A stretch of 64,000 nt of DNA. It comes from Gemmatimonadota bacterium (GTDB lineage Bacteria; Gemmatimonadota; Gemmatimonadetes; Palauibacterales; Palauibacteraceae). Location: contig JAZGCO010000011.1 of NCBI GenBank assembly GCA_036476995.1, positions 3,706-67,705 on the forward strand, in the 5' to 3' direction. Positions 17,591 to 28,471 of the stretch are shown piece after piece (position 1 is the first letter of the stretch; each line of letters opens with the position of its first letter). Below the pieces are notes generated by a model that did not search any database, was not told the origin of the DNA, and worked only from the letters and a program-made list of their open reading frames with translations. The position numbers and the translations under genes were made by a program.

Positions 17591-18649
17591 CTATCGGAGC
17601 GAAGACGTCAATAGAAGACCATCCAGAACGGACCACGGATCCGGGTCGCCAGCGATCACGAAGCTGTGGATCAGGGCTTCGAGCGAGCCGACTCGAAGGC
17701 GGGCCAGTTCGAAGTCATGCAGTCTCTCGGAGTAGAGGATTCGAGACAGCAGCCAGGCGTTGTTGAGGGCTGACGGGTCCAGGTCGGCGTACCAGCCGGA
17801 GACCAGCGCAGGCCGTATCTGCTCCTGGAAATGCCGTGCTCCGTCGGCCAGAATTGATCGCTTGCTTGCCCGCATCTCGTCTACGGACGCCTCGGACCGG
17901 TACAGGCCTTCCAGTCTCTCGAACAGTGACCGGTAGAACTGGCCCAGGGCCTGGACATCGGTCCATCGGTCCCTGGCGACCTGGCACTCGATCGGCACCA
18001 TCGCGTCCTGGCAGAAGAACTGAATCGCACCCTGGTAGCCCACGAAATTGGCGAAACTCTCGCTGAACTGGATGTGACCACGCGGGAAGTACGTCGTGTG
18101 AACAATTTCGTGGATCACCGTCTCCACGATGCGGACGCTGTCCGCCTCAAGCGTGGTAGACAGAACGGGATCCGGAAGCCACCCCAGCGTGCTGAATGCG
18201 CTCGTCGGCCGAACCCAGGTGTCGTAGCCGTTCTCAGTGAGCCGCTCGGCTTCTCTAAATGCCTCGTCAAATTTGAAGTATCCCTTGTACGGAACGTGTC
18301 CGACGATCGGAAACCACCACGTCTTCCAGACCAGCTGGAACTCGGGCGCGGCCGACACGACAAGCTGGAGCGTGTCATGCGTAACCACGGCATAGCTCTC
18401 GAAACTACGCTTGGGCTCCAGCCCCAAGGCGACGCGGGCGTACTCACGGGCGTCGGCGACCAGGCGCAGGCTTGATCTGACACGCGCGTCTGTCGCGGAA
18501 TCGTGCACTACCTCGTGGATTGGCCGGCTTCCCTGGAGGATCTTGGCCTCCTCCCAACCGGCGCGCAGGACGTACCCCGGCGAACAAGCCAGAGAGAGGC
18601 CGCCGAGGGCCACCAGAATGAGCACGGCAAGCTTACGTCCTGTAGTCAT
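17591..18649 (-). CDS. Predicted zinc-dependent aminopeptidase-like lipoprotein (PF10023/DUF2265-like)
   Basis: Signal peptide with lipobox (LSLAC) and an HExxH motif (HEIVHTTYF). The length and composition resemble the predicted-aminopeptidase family. Confidence 0.5.
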   Translation of the reverse strand: MTTGRKLAVLILVALGGLSLACSPGYVLRAGWEEAKILQGSRPIHEVVHDSATDARVRSSLRLVADAREYARVALGLEPKRSFESYAVVTHDTLQLVVSAAPEFQLVWKTWWFPIVGHVPYKGYFKFDEAFREAERLTENGYDTWVRPTSAFSTLGWLPDPVLSTTLEADSVRIVETVIHEIVHTTYFPRGHIQFSESFANFVGYQGAIQFFCQDAMVPIECQVARDRWTDVQALGQFYRSLFERLEGLYRSEASVDEMRASKRSILADGARHFQEQIRPALVSGWYADLDPSALNNAWLLSRILYSERLHDFELARLRVGSLEALIHSFVIAGDPDPWSVLDGLLLTSSLR

Positions 18650-18690
18650 ACCCGTTACTACCGACTTTCCGGCTCATACGATCCATTGGT

Positions 18691-19728
18691 TCAACCGCGG
18701 ACATAGTGCACAAGCTCCGCCACGGCGTTTCGGCGGTACTGCCTGCCGGGACGGTCCGAGTCGCTTCGGTACCGGCGATATTCGTGCCGGAATCGACGAT
18801 AACTGTCGGCTCTGCCGTAGGACGTCAGAATGTCCTCGATCTCTCCGACCGACAGCAGGCCTTCGTCGTTATAGCTCAGGAGTACGTGCTTCGCGTCCGC
18901 CGCGTCGAGCAGGTTCCGGAGAGCCGCCGCGCATTGGCCCGGCCGGCACCAGTCCGATCGGAGCTCCTGGTCCGGCATCAGGCCTGTCTTGCCCCTGAGT
19001 TCGGGCGGCGGCCACCATCCGCGGGCCAAGATCTCGGGAATGTGGTAATAGCCGGGGTACTGTCTCTGATTGTAGGGCGGATCCAGATAGAGCAGATCCA
19101 CGGGACCTGCCGCACCGACGAGCGTCTCGGCACCGCCCTTGAAGGCGGTGCACGTGCCCCGCCGCCCGCCGGAGGGCGTAGGAGACAGCGGCACCAGCGT
19201 GAGCGGCTTCAATGCGTTCGGTTGCCACGACTTCACGAATGAAGCGTACACGCCGGTAGTGTTCGCCACCCGATCCGCGGCCTGAATGAGGCATGCAAGG
19301 AGATACTGAACGCCCTCAGCCGTCAGCGAGCCGTCCTCTTCCCACTCGCCGATCTGTTCCCGGATGCGGTCGATCCGGTTGGCGTTTTCGGGCGTGAAAT
19401 ACATGCGACCGTGCGCTCGGCCAGCGCTTCCATCGGGCGTGAAGTGCTCCGTTACGAACCCGGATCTTCCGGGCAAAGCGCCCAAGTAGTCCAAGGCGCC
19501 CGCGGTCCCCGGCGGGGCAGCATCCAGCACCACATGGGCCACCTGAAGGGCATACGACATGGCCATCAGGTCGCCGGAATGTACCTGCCAGTCCTCTGCC
19601 TTCAGCGCCTTTCCTACGCTGGCCGTTCCCGCAAAAGGGTCGCAGGCTACGCCCGGACTGAGTCCGAGCTCTTGAACTGTGTTAAGCAGAAAGGGCACCA
19701 GGCGGGTCTTGTTGCCGATGTACCGCAC
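18691..19728 (-). CDS. D12-class (Dam-like, alpha-group) N6-adenine DNA methyltransferase
   Basis: MRYIGNKTRL N-terminus, motif I DPFAGTASVG and motif IV DPPY (LYLDPPYNQRQYPGYYH). These are characteristic of Dam, DpnIIA and EcoRV-type methyltransferases. Confidence 0.8.
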   Translation of the reverse strand: MRYIGNKTRLVPFLLNTVQELGLSPGVACDPFAGTASVGKALKAEDWQVHSGDLMAMSYALQVAHVVLDAAPPGTAGALDYLGALPGRSGFVTEHFTPDGSAGRAHGRMYFTPENANRIDRIREQIGEWEEDGSLTAEGVQYLLACLIQAADRVANTTGVYASFVKSWQPNALKPLTLVPLSPTPSGGRRGTCTAFKGGAETLVGAAGPVDLLYLDPPYNQRQYPGYYHIPEILARGWWPPPELRGKTGLMPDQELRSDWCRPGQCAAALRNLLDAADAKHVLLSYNDEGLLSVGEIEDILTSYGRADSYRRFRHEYRRYRSDSDRPGRQYRRNAVAELVHYVRG

Positions 19729-19759
19729 GGAAGAGGCTAGACCTCGTCTGCCGCCCTGG

Positions 19760-19966
19760 TCACCGGCCCAGGTCTGTCTTGGGGCCCAGCACGTACCAGA
19801 ACAGGCACCCGATGATGGGGCACAGTGCCACGATACCGCTCCACAGGAGCTTGTCCCGGCGCGGTGCGTGCGCGGTCACGATCATCCCTATGGCCCACGA
19901 ATCCAGAGCCATCAAAAGGGCCGTGAGGAGCCAGCGTGTGTCCAGGTCGGCCAGCGACTCCATCAT
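19760..19966 (-). CDS. Small membrane protein with PLDc_N (PLD-nuclease N-terminal) domain
   Basis: 68 aa with two TM helices and the conserved ...W...IVALCPIIGCLFWYVLG... motif of PF13396. It overlaps the ABC exporter stop by 4 nt. Confidence 0.5.
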   Translation of the reverse strand: MMESLADLDTRWLLTALLMALDSWAIGMIVTAHAPRRDKLLWSGIVALCPIIGCLFWYVLGPKTDLGR

Positions 19967-21795
19967 GCTGCTGTGGAATGGCTGGAGAACTGCAGCTTGT
20001 GCAGGCGCGCGTACATGCCGCCGCGCGCGAGCAGTTCGGCGTGCGTTCCGGATTCGCAGATTTCTCCGTGATGCAGCACCAGGATCCGGTCCGCGTTCTG
20101 GATGGTGGAGAGCCGGTGCGCGATGACGAGACTCGTCCGGCCCCGCATCAGCTCATCGAGCGCGACCTCGATCTGTGCCTCGATCTCAGAATCTACGGAG
20201 CTGGTCGCCTCATCCAGGAGCAGGATTCCGGGGTTGCCGGCCAGCGCACGGGCGAAGCTGAGCAACTGTCTCTCGCCAACGCTCAAGCCGCTGCCACGCT
20301 CTCCGAGCACCTGATCGAACCCGTCCGGCAAACGATCCACATACCGGTCCACCCCAACGCGCCGGGCGGAGTCGATTACGGCATCCGGCGACACCGAATC
20401 GCGGTCCAGATCGATGTTGCCCCGGGCCGTACCCGCGAACAGATACACGTCTTGAAGCACGAGTCCCATGCTTGTTCTGAGCTCCTCGAGCGGAAGCATG
20501 CGAATGTCCACACCGTCCAGAAGAATTCTGCCTCTCTGCGGTTCATAGAAGCGCATGAGTAGGCTGATCAGGGTCGATTTGCCCGCCCCCGTAGCTCCGA
20601 CGACGGCCACCCGCTGACCCGGCTCCACCGCGAAGCTGACGCCGCGAATCACCCATTGGGGCTCTTCCTCGCCCTCGGGTTCGCGTTCTCCTTCGAGTCC
20701 GTAGTGGAACCAGACGTCCTCGAACTCGATTCGTCCCTTGCCGCTGACCGCCTGCACCGCTGAGGCCTCCGGATCGGCGATGGTAGGATCATGGTCCAGG
20801 AGGCGGAAAACTCGCTCTGAGCTGGCCATCGCGTTCTGGAGGATGTTGTACTTCTCGGACAGATCCTGGATTGGCCTGAAGAAACGCCTGGCGTATTGAA
20901 GGAAGGCGGCGATGACTCCGATGGTAACCGCACCCTGGAGAACCTGGCCGCCGCCGTACCACAGAATCAGAGCCAGAGCAACCGCGGCCAGGATTTCGAT
21001 GGTCGGGAAGAACAGCGCGTAGTACGTGATCGAGCGCAGATGCGCCTGCAAGTGGTCGTCATTGACCGCTGCAAACCGGTCCCGCGCGGACTCTTCCTGG
21101 CCGAACAATTGTACGACCTCCATTCCGCTGATGCGCTCCTGCAGGTACGCGTTGATCCGAGCCACACGGACCCGTATGTCGCGGTACACCTGCCGGACTT
21201 TGAACCGGAACAGCCAGGCGGCACCGAACACGACTGGTAGTACCGTAAAGGTGACCAGCGCCAACTTCCAGTCGAGCGCCAGCATGGCAGTCACGATGAA
21301 CACCACGGTGAAGACGTCGCCGAAGACAGTAACCACGCCGCTCGTGAACATCTCGTTGAGCACCTCGATGTCGCCTGTAACACGCGTCATCAGCCGCCCG
21401 ACCGGGTTCCGGTCGAAAAAGGACAGATCGAGCTTCTGCAGATGCGCGAAGACCTGATGGCGCAAGTCGAGCATCACTCGCTGGCCGATCCAGGTCGTAA
21501 GCATAGTCCGCGCATACCCGAGGAGGGCGGACAGGAGCAGGGCGCCCAGGAAGAAGAGCCCCATCCGGGTGATGAGCCCGTAGTCCTGCGCGGGAATCGC
21601 CTGGTCGATCACGATCTTTGTGAACCACGGACCCACGAGTTCTAGCCCGGACGCCAGAACAAGCATGAAGATGGCCGCCACCACATGCAGCCGATACGGC
21701 CGCAGGTAACGGAGGAGTCTGCGCATCAGCCTGGCGTCGTACGCCTTGCCCAGCGCCTCCTCTTCCTGAATGGGACCCTCTGGTGTGATGTTCAC
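19963..21795 (-). CDS. ABC exporter, fused TMD-NBD (MsbA/type I exporter-like)
   Basis: 610 aa with a six-TM ABC exporter domain followed by Walker A (GATGAGKST), the signature LSVGERQLLSFARAL, Walker B (LLLDEATSSVD) and the H-loop. Confidence 0.85.
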   Translation of the reverse strand: MNITPEGPIQEEEALGKAYDARLMRRLLRYLRPYRLHVVAAIFMLVLASGLELVGPWFTKIVIDQAIPAQDYGLITRMGLFFLGALLLSALLGYARTMLTTWIGQRVMLDLRHQVFAHLQKLDLSFFDRNPVGRLMTRVTGDIEVLNEMFTSGVVTVFGDVFTVVFIVTAMLALDWKLALVTFTVLPVVFGAAWLFRFKVRQVYRDIRVRVARINAYLQERISGMEVVQLFGQEESARDRFAAVNDDHLQAHLRSITYYALFFPTIEILAAVALALILWYGGGQVLQGAVTIGVIAAFLQYARRFFRPIQDLSEKYNILQNAMASSERVFRLLDHDPTIADPEASAVQAVSGKGRIEFEDVWFHYGLEGEREPEGEEEPQWVIRGVSFAVEPGQRVAVVGATGAGKSTLISLLMRFYEPQRGRILLDGVDIRMLPLEELRTSMGLVLQDVYLFAGTARGNIDLDRDSVSPDAVIDSARRVGVDRYVDRLPDGFDQVLGERGSGLSVGERQLLSFARALAGNPGILLLDEATSSVDSEIEAQIEVALDELMRGRTSLVIAHRLSTIQNADRILVLHHGEICESGTHAELLARGGMYARLHKLQFSSHSTAA

Positions 21796-21908
21796 TGCGG
21801 CTGTCTTTCCCTTTCCGCCGGATGAACGCGCAACATATCCTGGCTCCCCGTGACCTTCCAGGAGGACTCGTATTGGCGGCCTTGCTCGCGCGACGGCATC
21901 ATACCTCC

Positions 21909-24770
21909 ATGGATAAGGCGATCCGGGTCCGCGGTGCGCGCGAGAACAACCTGAAGGGAATCGATGTCGATATTCCCCGGGGATCTATGACTGTTCTGAC
22001 CGGCCCGTCGGGTTCCGGCAAATCCAGCCTCGCGTTCAACACCATCTATGCCGAAGGACAGCGCCGGTACGTCGAATCGCTTTCCACCTACGCCAAGCAG
22101 TTCCTGCAGCGCATGCCCAAACCCGCCGTGGATCGAGTGGATGGTGTGAGCCCGTCGGTAGCCATCGATCAGCGGAACTCCGTCAGAACCAGCCGTTCCA
22201 CCGTTGGGACGGTTACCGAGGTGTACGATTACATGCGCCTGTTGTGGGCTCGGGTTGGCCGCACGGTCTGTTTGGACTGCGACGAACCGGTCGAGCCCGA
22301 CACCGTACACACGGCCACGGATCGAGTGCTGTCCGCCGGGCCGGGCCGTGTCTACATTACGTTTTCGGCCGGCGAGACGGATTCCGATCCGGCCGGCGTC
22401 CACAGAAGTCTTCTGGCCCGGGGATACCTCCGGGCCGTGCACGGCGGCCGGGAAATCCGGCTCGAAGAAAACGATGTGTCACCGGATCAGGAAGCCGCGG
22501 AGCTACTGGTCGTTGTGGATCGCCTCCGGCTGGGCCCGGAATCGTCCGAGGACGCAGAACTCCGGGGCCGAATCGCGGACGGTCTGGCGGCGGCGTTCGC
22601 CGAAGGTCTCGGGCGGGCGGTGGTCCTGCTCTCACCAGCCAGCCCGCAAGGCTCAGCGCCGGAGCCCCTCTTCGTCCAGCGTCTGTCCTTCGACGAGTCT
22701 GTTCGCTGCAGCGGGTGTGGCCGCCGGTTCGCTGCTCCCGCGCCGCTTCTGTTCAGCTTCAATCATCCAACCGGAGCCTGCCCTGAGTGCAACGGATTCG
22801 GGGCGACCCTGGAGTACGACGAAGAACTCATCGTACCCGAGCCTGAGCGTTCTCTGTCTGAGGGCGCGCTGGATCCGTGGACGAAACCCCGCTATGCGCG
22901 GGAGCGGGCCGACGTGCTGGCGTTCGCTGTGGAACGGGAGATAGACGTTCACGCTCCGTGGCGGCTCCTCCCAGCGGGGGTACGAAGTGATCTGCTTCAC
23001 GGAAGCCCCGACTTCGTCGGTGTGATCCCCTTTCTCGAGTCCCGGGAAAGGAAGCGCTACAAGCAATACATCCGGGTGTTCCTGCGCCAATATCAGCGGC
23101 CGACCCGCTGCGCCGAGTGCGCCGGAGCACGGCTCGGGCCTGACGCGCTCGCGATCCAGGTAGGGGGCCAAGACATATCGGCCACCTCCGCCCAAACCGT
23201 CCGGGATCTTCGCACGTGGATTGGTGAGCTCTCGCTCTCTCCGTTCGAGTCGAAGGTCGCGGCCAGCGTACTTGAAGAGATAACGGACCGCCTAACCTTC
23301 CTCGAAAACGTGGGTCTGGGATACCTGTCCCTCTCTCGTCAGGCCCGCTCACTGTCCGGGGGCGAAATGCAGCGGATTCGACTGGCGGGCAGTCTCGGCA
23401 GCCGATTGGTGGACACGCTGTACGTGCTGGACGAGCCGACGATCGGTCTGCACCCGAGGGATGTTGAGCAGTTCCTTTCGGTTCTGCGAGATCTCCGCGA
23501 TCGAGGCAACACGCTGCTGATCGTCGAACATGACGAGGCCGTTCTTCGCTCGGCCGATCACATTCTGGAGCTGGGGCCCGGTTCGGGAGAGCTCGGCGGC
23601 GAACTGGTTCTGACGGGTGGCTGGGAAGACCTGCTACGCGCGGACACCTCCACCGGGCGGGCTCTGCGAGCGGAGTATCGTGGCAAGAAAGACCGCCGGT
23701 CCGGCCGCGGCAGACTGAGACTGGTAGGCGCATCGCTGCACAACGTGGAGAACGTGGACCTCGATCTGCCCCTGGGAATCCTCACGGTGGTCACGGGCGT
23801 GTCCGGTTCAGGCAAGTCCACTCTGGTCCACGACATACTGTTCCGCGCCCTGGAGCGCGAAATGCATGGCTCGACAAGCGCCCGCGAACATCTCGGCGAA
23901 ACCGTCGGTACCTACTCGCGGCTCGAGGGAACCGCCCAGATCGACGACGTGGTGCTCGTGGATCAGGCTCCAATCGGTCGCACGCCGCGCTCCAATCCCG
24001 TGACGTACATCGGGGCCTTCGATCGACTGCGAGCTCTCTTTGCGGAGCAGAGCCTGGCCCGGGAGCGGGGCTACGGACCGGGTCACTTCAGCTTCAACGT
24101 GGCCGGCGGCCGCTGCGAGGCATGCAAGGGAGCCGGCCAGGAGTTGGTCGAGATGGTCTTTCTGGCTGACGTGGCTGTTCCGTGCGAGGTGTGCAGCGGG
24201 CGCCGGTTTAGGCCCGAGATACTCGAGGTGACGGCCCGCGGCTTCTCCATCCACGATGCGCTGCAGCTGACCGTAGACGAAGCTATCCGAATTTTCGCTC
24301 GGGAAGCCCGTCTTGGAAAGGCGCTTTGGCAGTTGCAGCGGGTTGGCCTTGGATATCTGCGGCTCGGCCAGCCGGCCACCACGCTCTCCGGCGGCGAGTC
24401 CCAGCGCCTGAAAATCGCCCGCGAGTTGGCGGCTGGATCGCGGGGTGCGCACCGGCTGTACATCCTGGACGAGCCGACAACCGGATTGGGCGCCGGCGAA
24501 ACGGGCCAACTCGTAGACGTCCTCGACCAGCTGGTAGCCGCCGGCCACACGGTGCTCGTTATCGAACACAATCTGGACGTGCTGCGCCGGGCCGACTGGG
24601 TCATCGACATGGGCCCGGGTGCGGCCGACGAGGGCGGCCGGATCGTAGCGGCCGGAACTCCCGAGCACATCGCGTCAGTGCCCGAATCTCACACAGGAAG
24701 GTTCCTGGCTGCCGCGCGCACCGAAGTCCACGCGGCCCCAGCCCGATTTCCGGCCTACACGCGTGCCTGA
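21909..24770 (+). CDS. uvrA: Excinuclease ABC subunit A
   Basis: Its start, MDKAIRVRGARENNLKGIDVDIPRGSMTVLTGPSGSGKSSLAFNTIYAEGQRRYVESLS, is nearly identical to the E. coli UvrA N-terminus. It has two ABC modules and the zinc-finger Cys clusters. The track ORF begins 29 codons earlier (21822). Confidence 0.95.
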   Translation: MDKAIRVRGARENNLKGIDVDIPRGSMTVLTGPSGSGKSSLAFNTIYAEGQRRYVESLSTYAKQFLQRMPKPAVDRVDGVSPSVAIDQRNSVRTSRSTVGTVTEVYDYMRLLWARVGRTVCLDCDEPVEPDTVHTATDRVLSAGPGRVYITFSAGETDSDPAGVHRSLLARGYLRAVHGGREIRLEENDVSPDQEAAELLVVVDRLRLGPESSEDAELRGRIADGLAAAFAEGLGRAVVLLSPASPQGSAPEPLFVQRLSFDESVRCSGCGRRFAAPAPLLFSFNHPTGACPECNGFGATLEYDEELIVPEPERSLSEGALDPWTKPRYARERADVLAFAVEREIDVHAPWRLLPAGVRSDLLHGSPDFVGVIPFLESRERKRYKQYIRVFLRQYQRPTRCAECAGARLGPDALAIQVGGQDISATSAQTVRDLRTWIGELSLSPFESKVAASVLEEITDRLTFLENVGLGYLSLSRQARSLSGGEMQRIRLAGSLGSRLVDTLYVLDEPTIGLHPRDVEQFLSVLRDLRDRGNTLLIVEHDEAVLRSADHILELGPGSGELGGELVLTGGWEDLLRADTSTGRALRAEYRGKKDRRSGRGRLRLVGASLHNVENVDLDLPLGILTVVTGVSGSGKSTLVHDILFRALEREMHGSTSAREHLGETVGTYSRLEGTAQIDDVVLVDQAPIGRTPRSNPVTYIGAFDRLRALFAEQSLARERGYGPGHFSFNVAGGRCEACKGAGQELVEMVFLADVAVPCEVCSGRRFRPEILEVTARGFSIHDALQLTVDEAIRIFAREARLGKALWQLQRVGLGYLRLGQPATTLSGGESQRLKIARELAAGSRGAHRLYILDEPTTGLGAGETGQLVDVLDQLVAAGHTVLVIEHNLDVLRRADWVIDMGPGAADEGGRIVAAGTPEHIASVPESHTGRFLAAARTEVHAAPARFPAYTRA

Positions 24771-25821
24771 CCTGGGACGTCCATCGATATCCGTTCTTCT
24801 CCCCTGCCGGGATGCGGCCGAGTTTCTCCCTGAGTGCATTGCCAGTCTCGAGTCACAGTCCCACTCCGACTTCGAAGTGCTGGCCGTCGACGACGGATCC
24901 AGAGATGACACAGCCAGTCTCCTGGCTAGCTGGGCCCAGCGTGACCCGCGCGTCCTGGTGTTGCCAGGGCATTCAGCGGGCATCGTCCAGGCACTGAACC
25001 TGGCCGCTGAACACGCCCGGGCGCCCCTCCTGGCCCGGATGGACGCCGACGACGCGGCCTACCCCGAACGGCTCAGTCGCCAGGCCGAGTGTCTCCAGAA
25101 TCATCCGGAGCTTGCTGCCTGCGGAACCGGTGTGGAGTTCTTCTCTGGTGCGGCCGGCCCACGCGCCGCAGCCGAGCGTGACGCCGGCACGCCCATGGGC
25201 AGCGGGACCCTGCGCTACCAATCTTGGATCAACTCCATCGACTCTCCCGACAGCGTGCGGCGAGATCTGTACGTGGAGTGTCCGATCGCGCACCCGACGC
25301 TCATGATTCGGCGCTCGGTGCTGGCGGGGCTGGGTGGGTACCGCGACCGCGGCTGGCCGGAGGACTACGATCTGGTCCTGAGACTGCACGCCGGAGGTAT
25401 GAGCGCCGCAAACGTTCCGGCGGTGCTCCATCGGTGGCGAGTGCACCCGGGACGCCTCTCGCAGCGGTCGCCCGCGTACGATGCGGCTAGCTTCCGGTCC
25501 TGCAAGATCCACTTCCTGCGCTCAGAGGCACTTCCACCGGGGCGACCGGTTGTCGTGTGGGGCGCGGGCAAGGTAGGAAAACCCTTTGCCCGCGAGCTCC
25601 AGCGGCAGGGAACGACGGTGGCTGCTTTCGTAGATCTCGATGCAAGAAAACTGGGGCAGAGTATACACCGGGCCACCGTTCTGAGCCCGGATCAGTTCGC
25701 TTCGATAGACCGTCCGTTCACGCTCGGGGCGGTCGGTTCGCCCGGGGCCCGAGACGAGATCCGGCAGGCCCTGACACGGCTCGGCCACACAGAGTGCACG
25801 GACTTCCTGATGGTGGCTTGA
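24763..25821 (+). CDS. Family 2 glycosyltransferase with a C-terminal Rossmann-like (GxGxxG) domain
   Basis: GT2 core (SVLLPCRDAAEFLPECIASL...DFEVLAVDDGSRDDT...ARMDADDAAYPERL). The C-terminal roughly 100 aa (VVWGAGKVGKPFARELQRQGTTVAAFVD) look like a nucleotide-binding fold. Confidence 0.7.
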   Translation: MPDLGRPSISVLLPCRDAAEFLPECIASLESQSHSDFEVLAVDDGSRDDTASLLASWAQRDPRVLVLPGHSAGIVQALNLAAEHARAPLLARMDADDAAYPERLSRQAECLQNHPELAACGTGVEFFSGAAGPRAAAERDAGTPMGSGTLRYQSWINSIDSPDSVRRDLYVECPIAHPTLMIRRSVLAGLGGYRDRGWPEDYDLVLRLHAGGMSAANVPAVLHRWRVHPGRLSQRSPAYDAASFRSCKIHFLRSEALPPGRPVVVWGAGKVGKPFARELQRQGTTVAAFVDLDARKLGQSIHRATVLSPDQFASIDRPFTLGAVGSPGARDEIRQALTRLGHTECTDFLMVA

Positions 25822-25996
25822 GACACTTTCCCACCGTGGTGTGTGGCGTATCCGGATGATGGCTTGTTACCTGGGTCGCAGAGTGACGTTTCGCCTCGCC
25901 AACACGCCTCCTACGCGGTAGCTTTAGTGGTCTGTCCGGGCCTCGATTCTGAGCTCGGACTCACTCGTTTTCTGGACCTCAAACAGTGGCCACAGC

Positions 25997-28471
25997 GTGA
26001 CCGAAACCACCACAGAACGCATAGAACAGCGTCTCATCGAAGATGAGATGAAAGAGTCGTTCATCGACTACTCGATGAGCGTCATCGTGCAGCGAGCTCT
26101 TCCCGATGTCAGGGACGGGCTCAAGCCAGTGCACCGCCGCATTTTGTACGCGATGCACGAGGCGGGGCTTACCCCCAACAGGGCCTACAAGAAGAGCGCC
26201 ACCGTCGTCGGTGACGTGCTCGGCAAGTACCACCCGCACGGCGATTCAGCGGTGTACGACTCCATGGTCCGAATGGTACAGGACTTCTCGCTCCGCTACC
26301 CTCTGGTTGACGGGCAGGGAAACTTCGGATCCATAGACGGTGACAGTGCGGCGGCCTACCGCTACACCGAGTCACGCTTGGCGAGCCTGGCGGTGGAGAT
26401 GCTGGCGGACATCGACCGGGATACGGTCGATTTCGTCCCGAATTTTGACGAAAGGTTGTCGGAACCCACCGTACTTCCGTCCGGCCTCCCCAACCTGCTA
26501 GTCAACGGTTCGTCCGGGATCGCGGTTGGTATGGCCACCAACATCCCCCCGCACAACATGCGCGAGATTGTTGCTGCGTGTGAGCGCCTTATCGCCAATC
26601 CGGATTGCACTATCGAGGACCTACTCGAAGACGTCCAAGGCCCCGATTTTCCGACTGGCGGCCTGGTATACGGGATTACGGGGATTCGTGAGGCCTATAC
26701 CGGTGGCCGCGGCCGAGTGATCATGCGGGCCCGGGCGCATATCGAGGAGCGGCCCAATGGCGGCGAGTCGATCATCGTGACCGAGATCCCGTTCATGGTC
26801 AACAAGACCCGTCTCATAGAGCAGATCGCTCAGCTCGTTCGCGACCGGCGCGTCGAGGACATTTCGGATCTCCGCGATGAATCGGATCGGGATGGGATTC
26901 GCGTTGTCGTAGACCTGAAGCGGGATGCCATTCCTCAGATCGTGCTGAACAAACTGTTCAAGCACACTCAAATGCAATCGACGTTCGGCGTCATCATGCT
27001 CGCTCTGGTGGATGGTGTGCCACAGGTGATGGATCTCAAGACGCTCCTGACCCATTTCCTGGAGCACCGGCACGAGATCGTAGTTCGGCGCAGCGAACAC
27101 GATTTAGCGGTTGCGAAGGACCGCGAGCACGTCCTCGAGGGCCTGAAGATCGCCGTCGACAACATCGATGAAGTGGTGAAGATCATCCGGGGCTCCCGGG
27201 ATGCCGCGCAGGCGTCAGAGCGGCTCCGAGAACGGTTCGAACTCACGGAGCGGCAGGCAGACTCGATCCTCGCCATGCGCCTATCGCGGCTCACTGGACT
27301 GGAGACGGAAAAGCTGGAGGCCGAGCTCCTGGAGGTTCGGGTGCATATCCAGGAGCTTGAGGCGATTCTGGGCTCGCGTGAACAACGCATGTCCATCATC
27401 GGCGAGGAGCTTCGGGCGATCGCGGACAAGTACGGTGACGACCGACGCACCGAGGTTATCGCCGCCGAGGCCAGCTTCAATCCTGAGGATCTGATCGCGG
27501 ACGAGCCGATGGTTATCACCATCAGCAATCAGGGGTACGTGAAACGGATCGCGCCGGCGACCTATCGGCAGCAGAGGCGAGGAGGACGGGGCATCGCCGG
27601 GATGTCCACCAAGGACGAGGACTGGGTCCAGCACCTGTTCCTGGCTTCGACCCACGATTACCTGCTCGTGTTCACCGCCCGGGGGCAGATCTACTGGCTA
27701 AAAGTGCATCAGATTCCGGAGGCTTCCAGACAGTCCCGTGGGAAGCCCATCATCAATTTGCTGAATCTCGACCGAGATGAAGTGGTGGCGTCTGTCGTAC
27801 GCGTACGGGAATTCGCCGAGGATGAGTATCTGATCTTCGCGACCCGCCAGGGCGCAGTGAAGAAGACACGGCTCTCGGCCTACCGAAACATCCGCAGCAA
27901 CGGGATCAACGCTATCAATATCGTCGAGGGTGACCGGCTTATCGACGTGCAACTCACGGACGGGAACAACGACATCATTCTCGCAACGCGCCGCGGAATG
28001 GCCATTCGCTTCGCCGAAGCAGACGCTCGAGAAATGGGCCGAGCCACGCGTGGCGTTCGCGGGATCAACCTGAGGGCGGAAGACGAAGTCGTAGGGATGG
28101 TCGTCGTGCGCCGAGACGCCAGTTTGCTTACGGTGACCCGGTTCGGCATGGGCAAGCGAACGGCTGTCGAAGGGTACCGCCCGCAGCGGCGAGGCGGGCG
28201 AGGACTGATCAACCTCAAGGTGACGGCCAAGACCGGGGAGGTCGTGTCGGCGCTGGAGGTCAACGATCAGGACGAGCTCATCTTCGTTACCCGCAACGGA
28301 GTCATCAATCGGCAGCGAGCATCTGAGATCAGGGTAATCGGACGAAATACCCAGGGTGTGCGACTAGTCGCCCTGGACGACAAGGATAAGCTGATGGACG
28401 TGGCCCGAATCGCAGAAGAGCTATCGGATGACGAGGAGTCTGACACGCCACAGGGCGATGCCTCCACCTGA
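25997..28471 (+). CDS. gyrA: DNA gyrase subunit A
   Basis: The N-terminus ...[34 protein letters not shown]... contains the active-site Tyr region ([10 protein letters not shown]). The C-terminal GyrA-box beta-pinwheel repeats follow. 824 aa. Confidence 0.95.
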   Translation: MTETTTERIEQRLIEDEMKESFIDYSMSVIVQRALPDVRDGLKPVHRRILYAMHEAGLTPNRAYKKSATVVGDVLGKYHPHGDSAVYDSMVRMVQDFSLRYPLVDGQGNFGSIDGDSAAAYRYTESRLASLAVEMLADIDRDTVDFVPNFDERLSEPTVLPSGLPNLLVNGSSGIAVGMATNIPPHNMREIVAACERLIANPDCTIEDLLEDVQGPDFPTGGLVYGITGIREAYTGGRGRVIMRARAHIEERPNGGESIIVTEIPFMVNKTRLIEQIAQLVRDRRVEDISDLRDESDRDGIRVVVDLKRDAIPQIVLNKLFKHTQMQSTFGVIMLALVDGVPQVMDLKTLLTHFLEHRHEIVVRRSEHDLAVAKDREHVLEGLKIAVDNIDEVVKIIRGSRDAAQASERLRERFELTERQADSILAMRLSRLTGLETEKLEAELLEVRVHIQELEAILGSREQRMSIIGEELRAIADKYGDDRRTEVIAAEASFNPEDLIADEPMVITISNQGYVKRIAPATYRQQRRGGRGIAGMSTKDEDWVQHLFLASTHDYLLVFTARGQIYWLKVHQIPEASRQSRGKPIINLLNLDRDEVVASVVRVREFAEDEYLIFATRQGAVKKTRLSAYRNIRSNGINAINIVEGDRLIDVQLTDGNNDIILATRRGMAIRFAEADAREMGRATRGVRGINLRAEDEVVGMVVVRRDASLLTVTRFGMGKRTAVEGYRPQRRGGRGLINLKVTAKTGEVVSALEVNDQDELIFVTRNGVINRQRASEIRVIGRNTQGVRLVALDDKDKLMDVARIAEELSDDEESDTPQGDAST

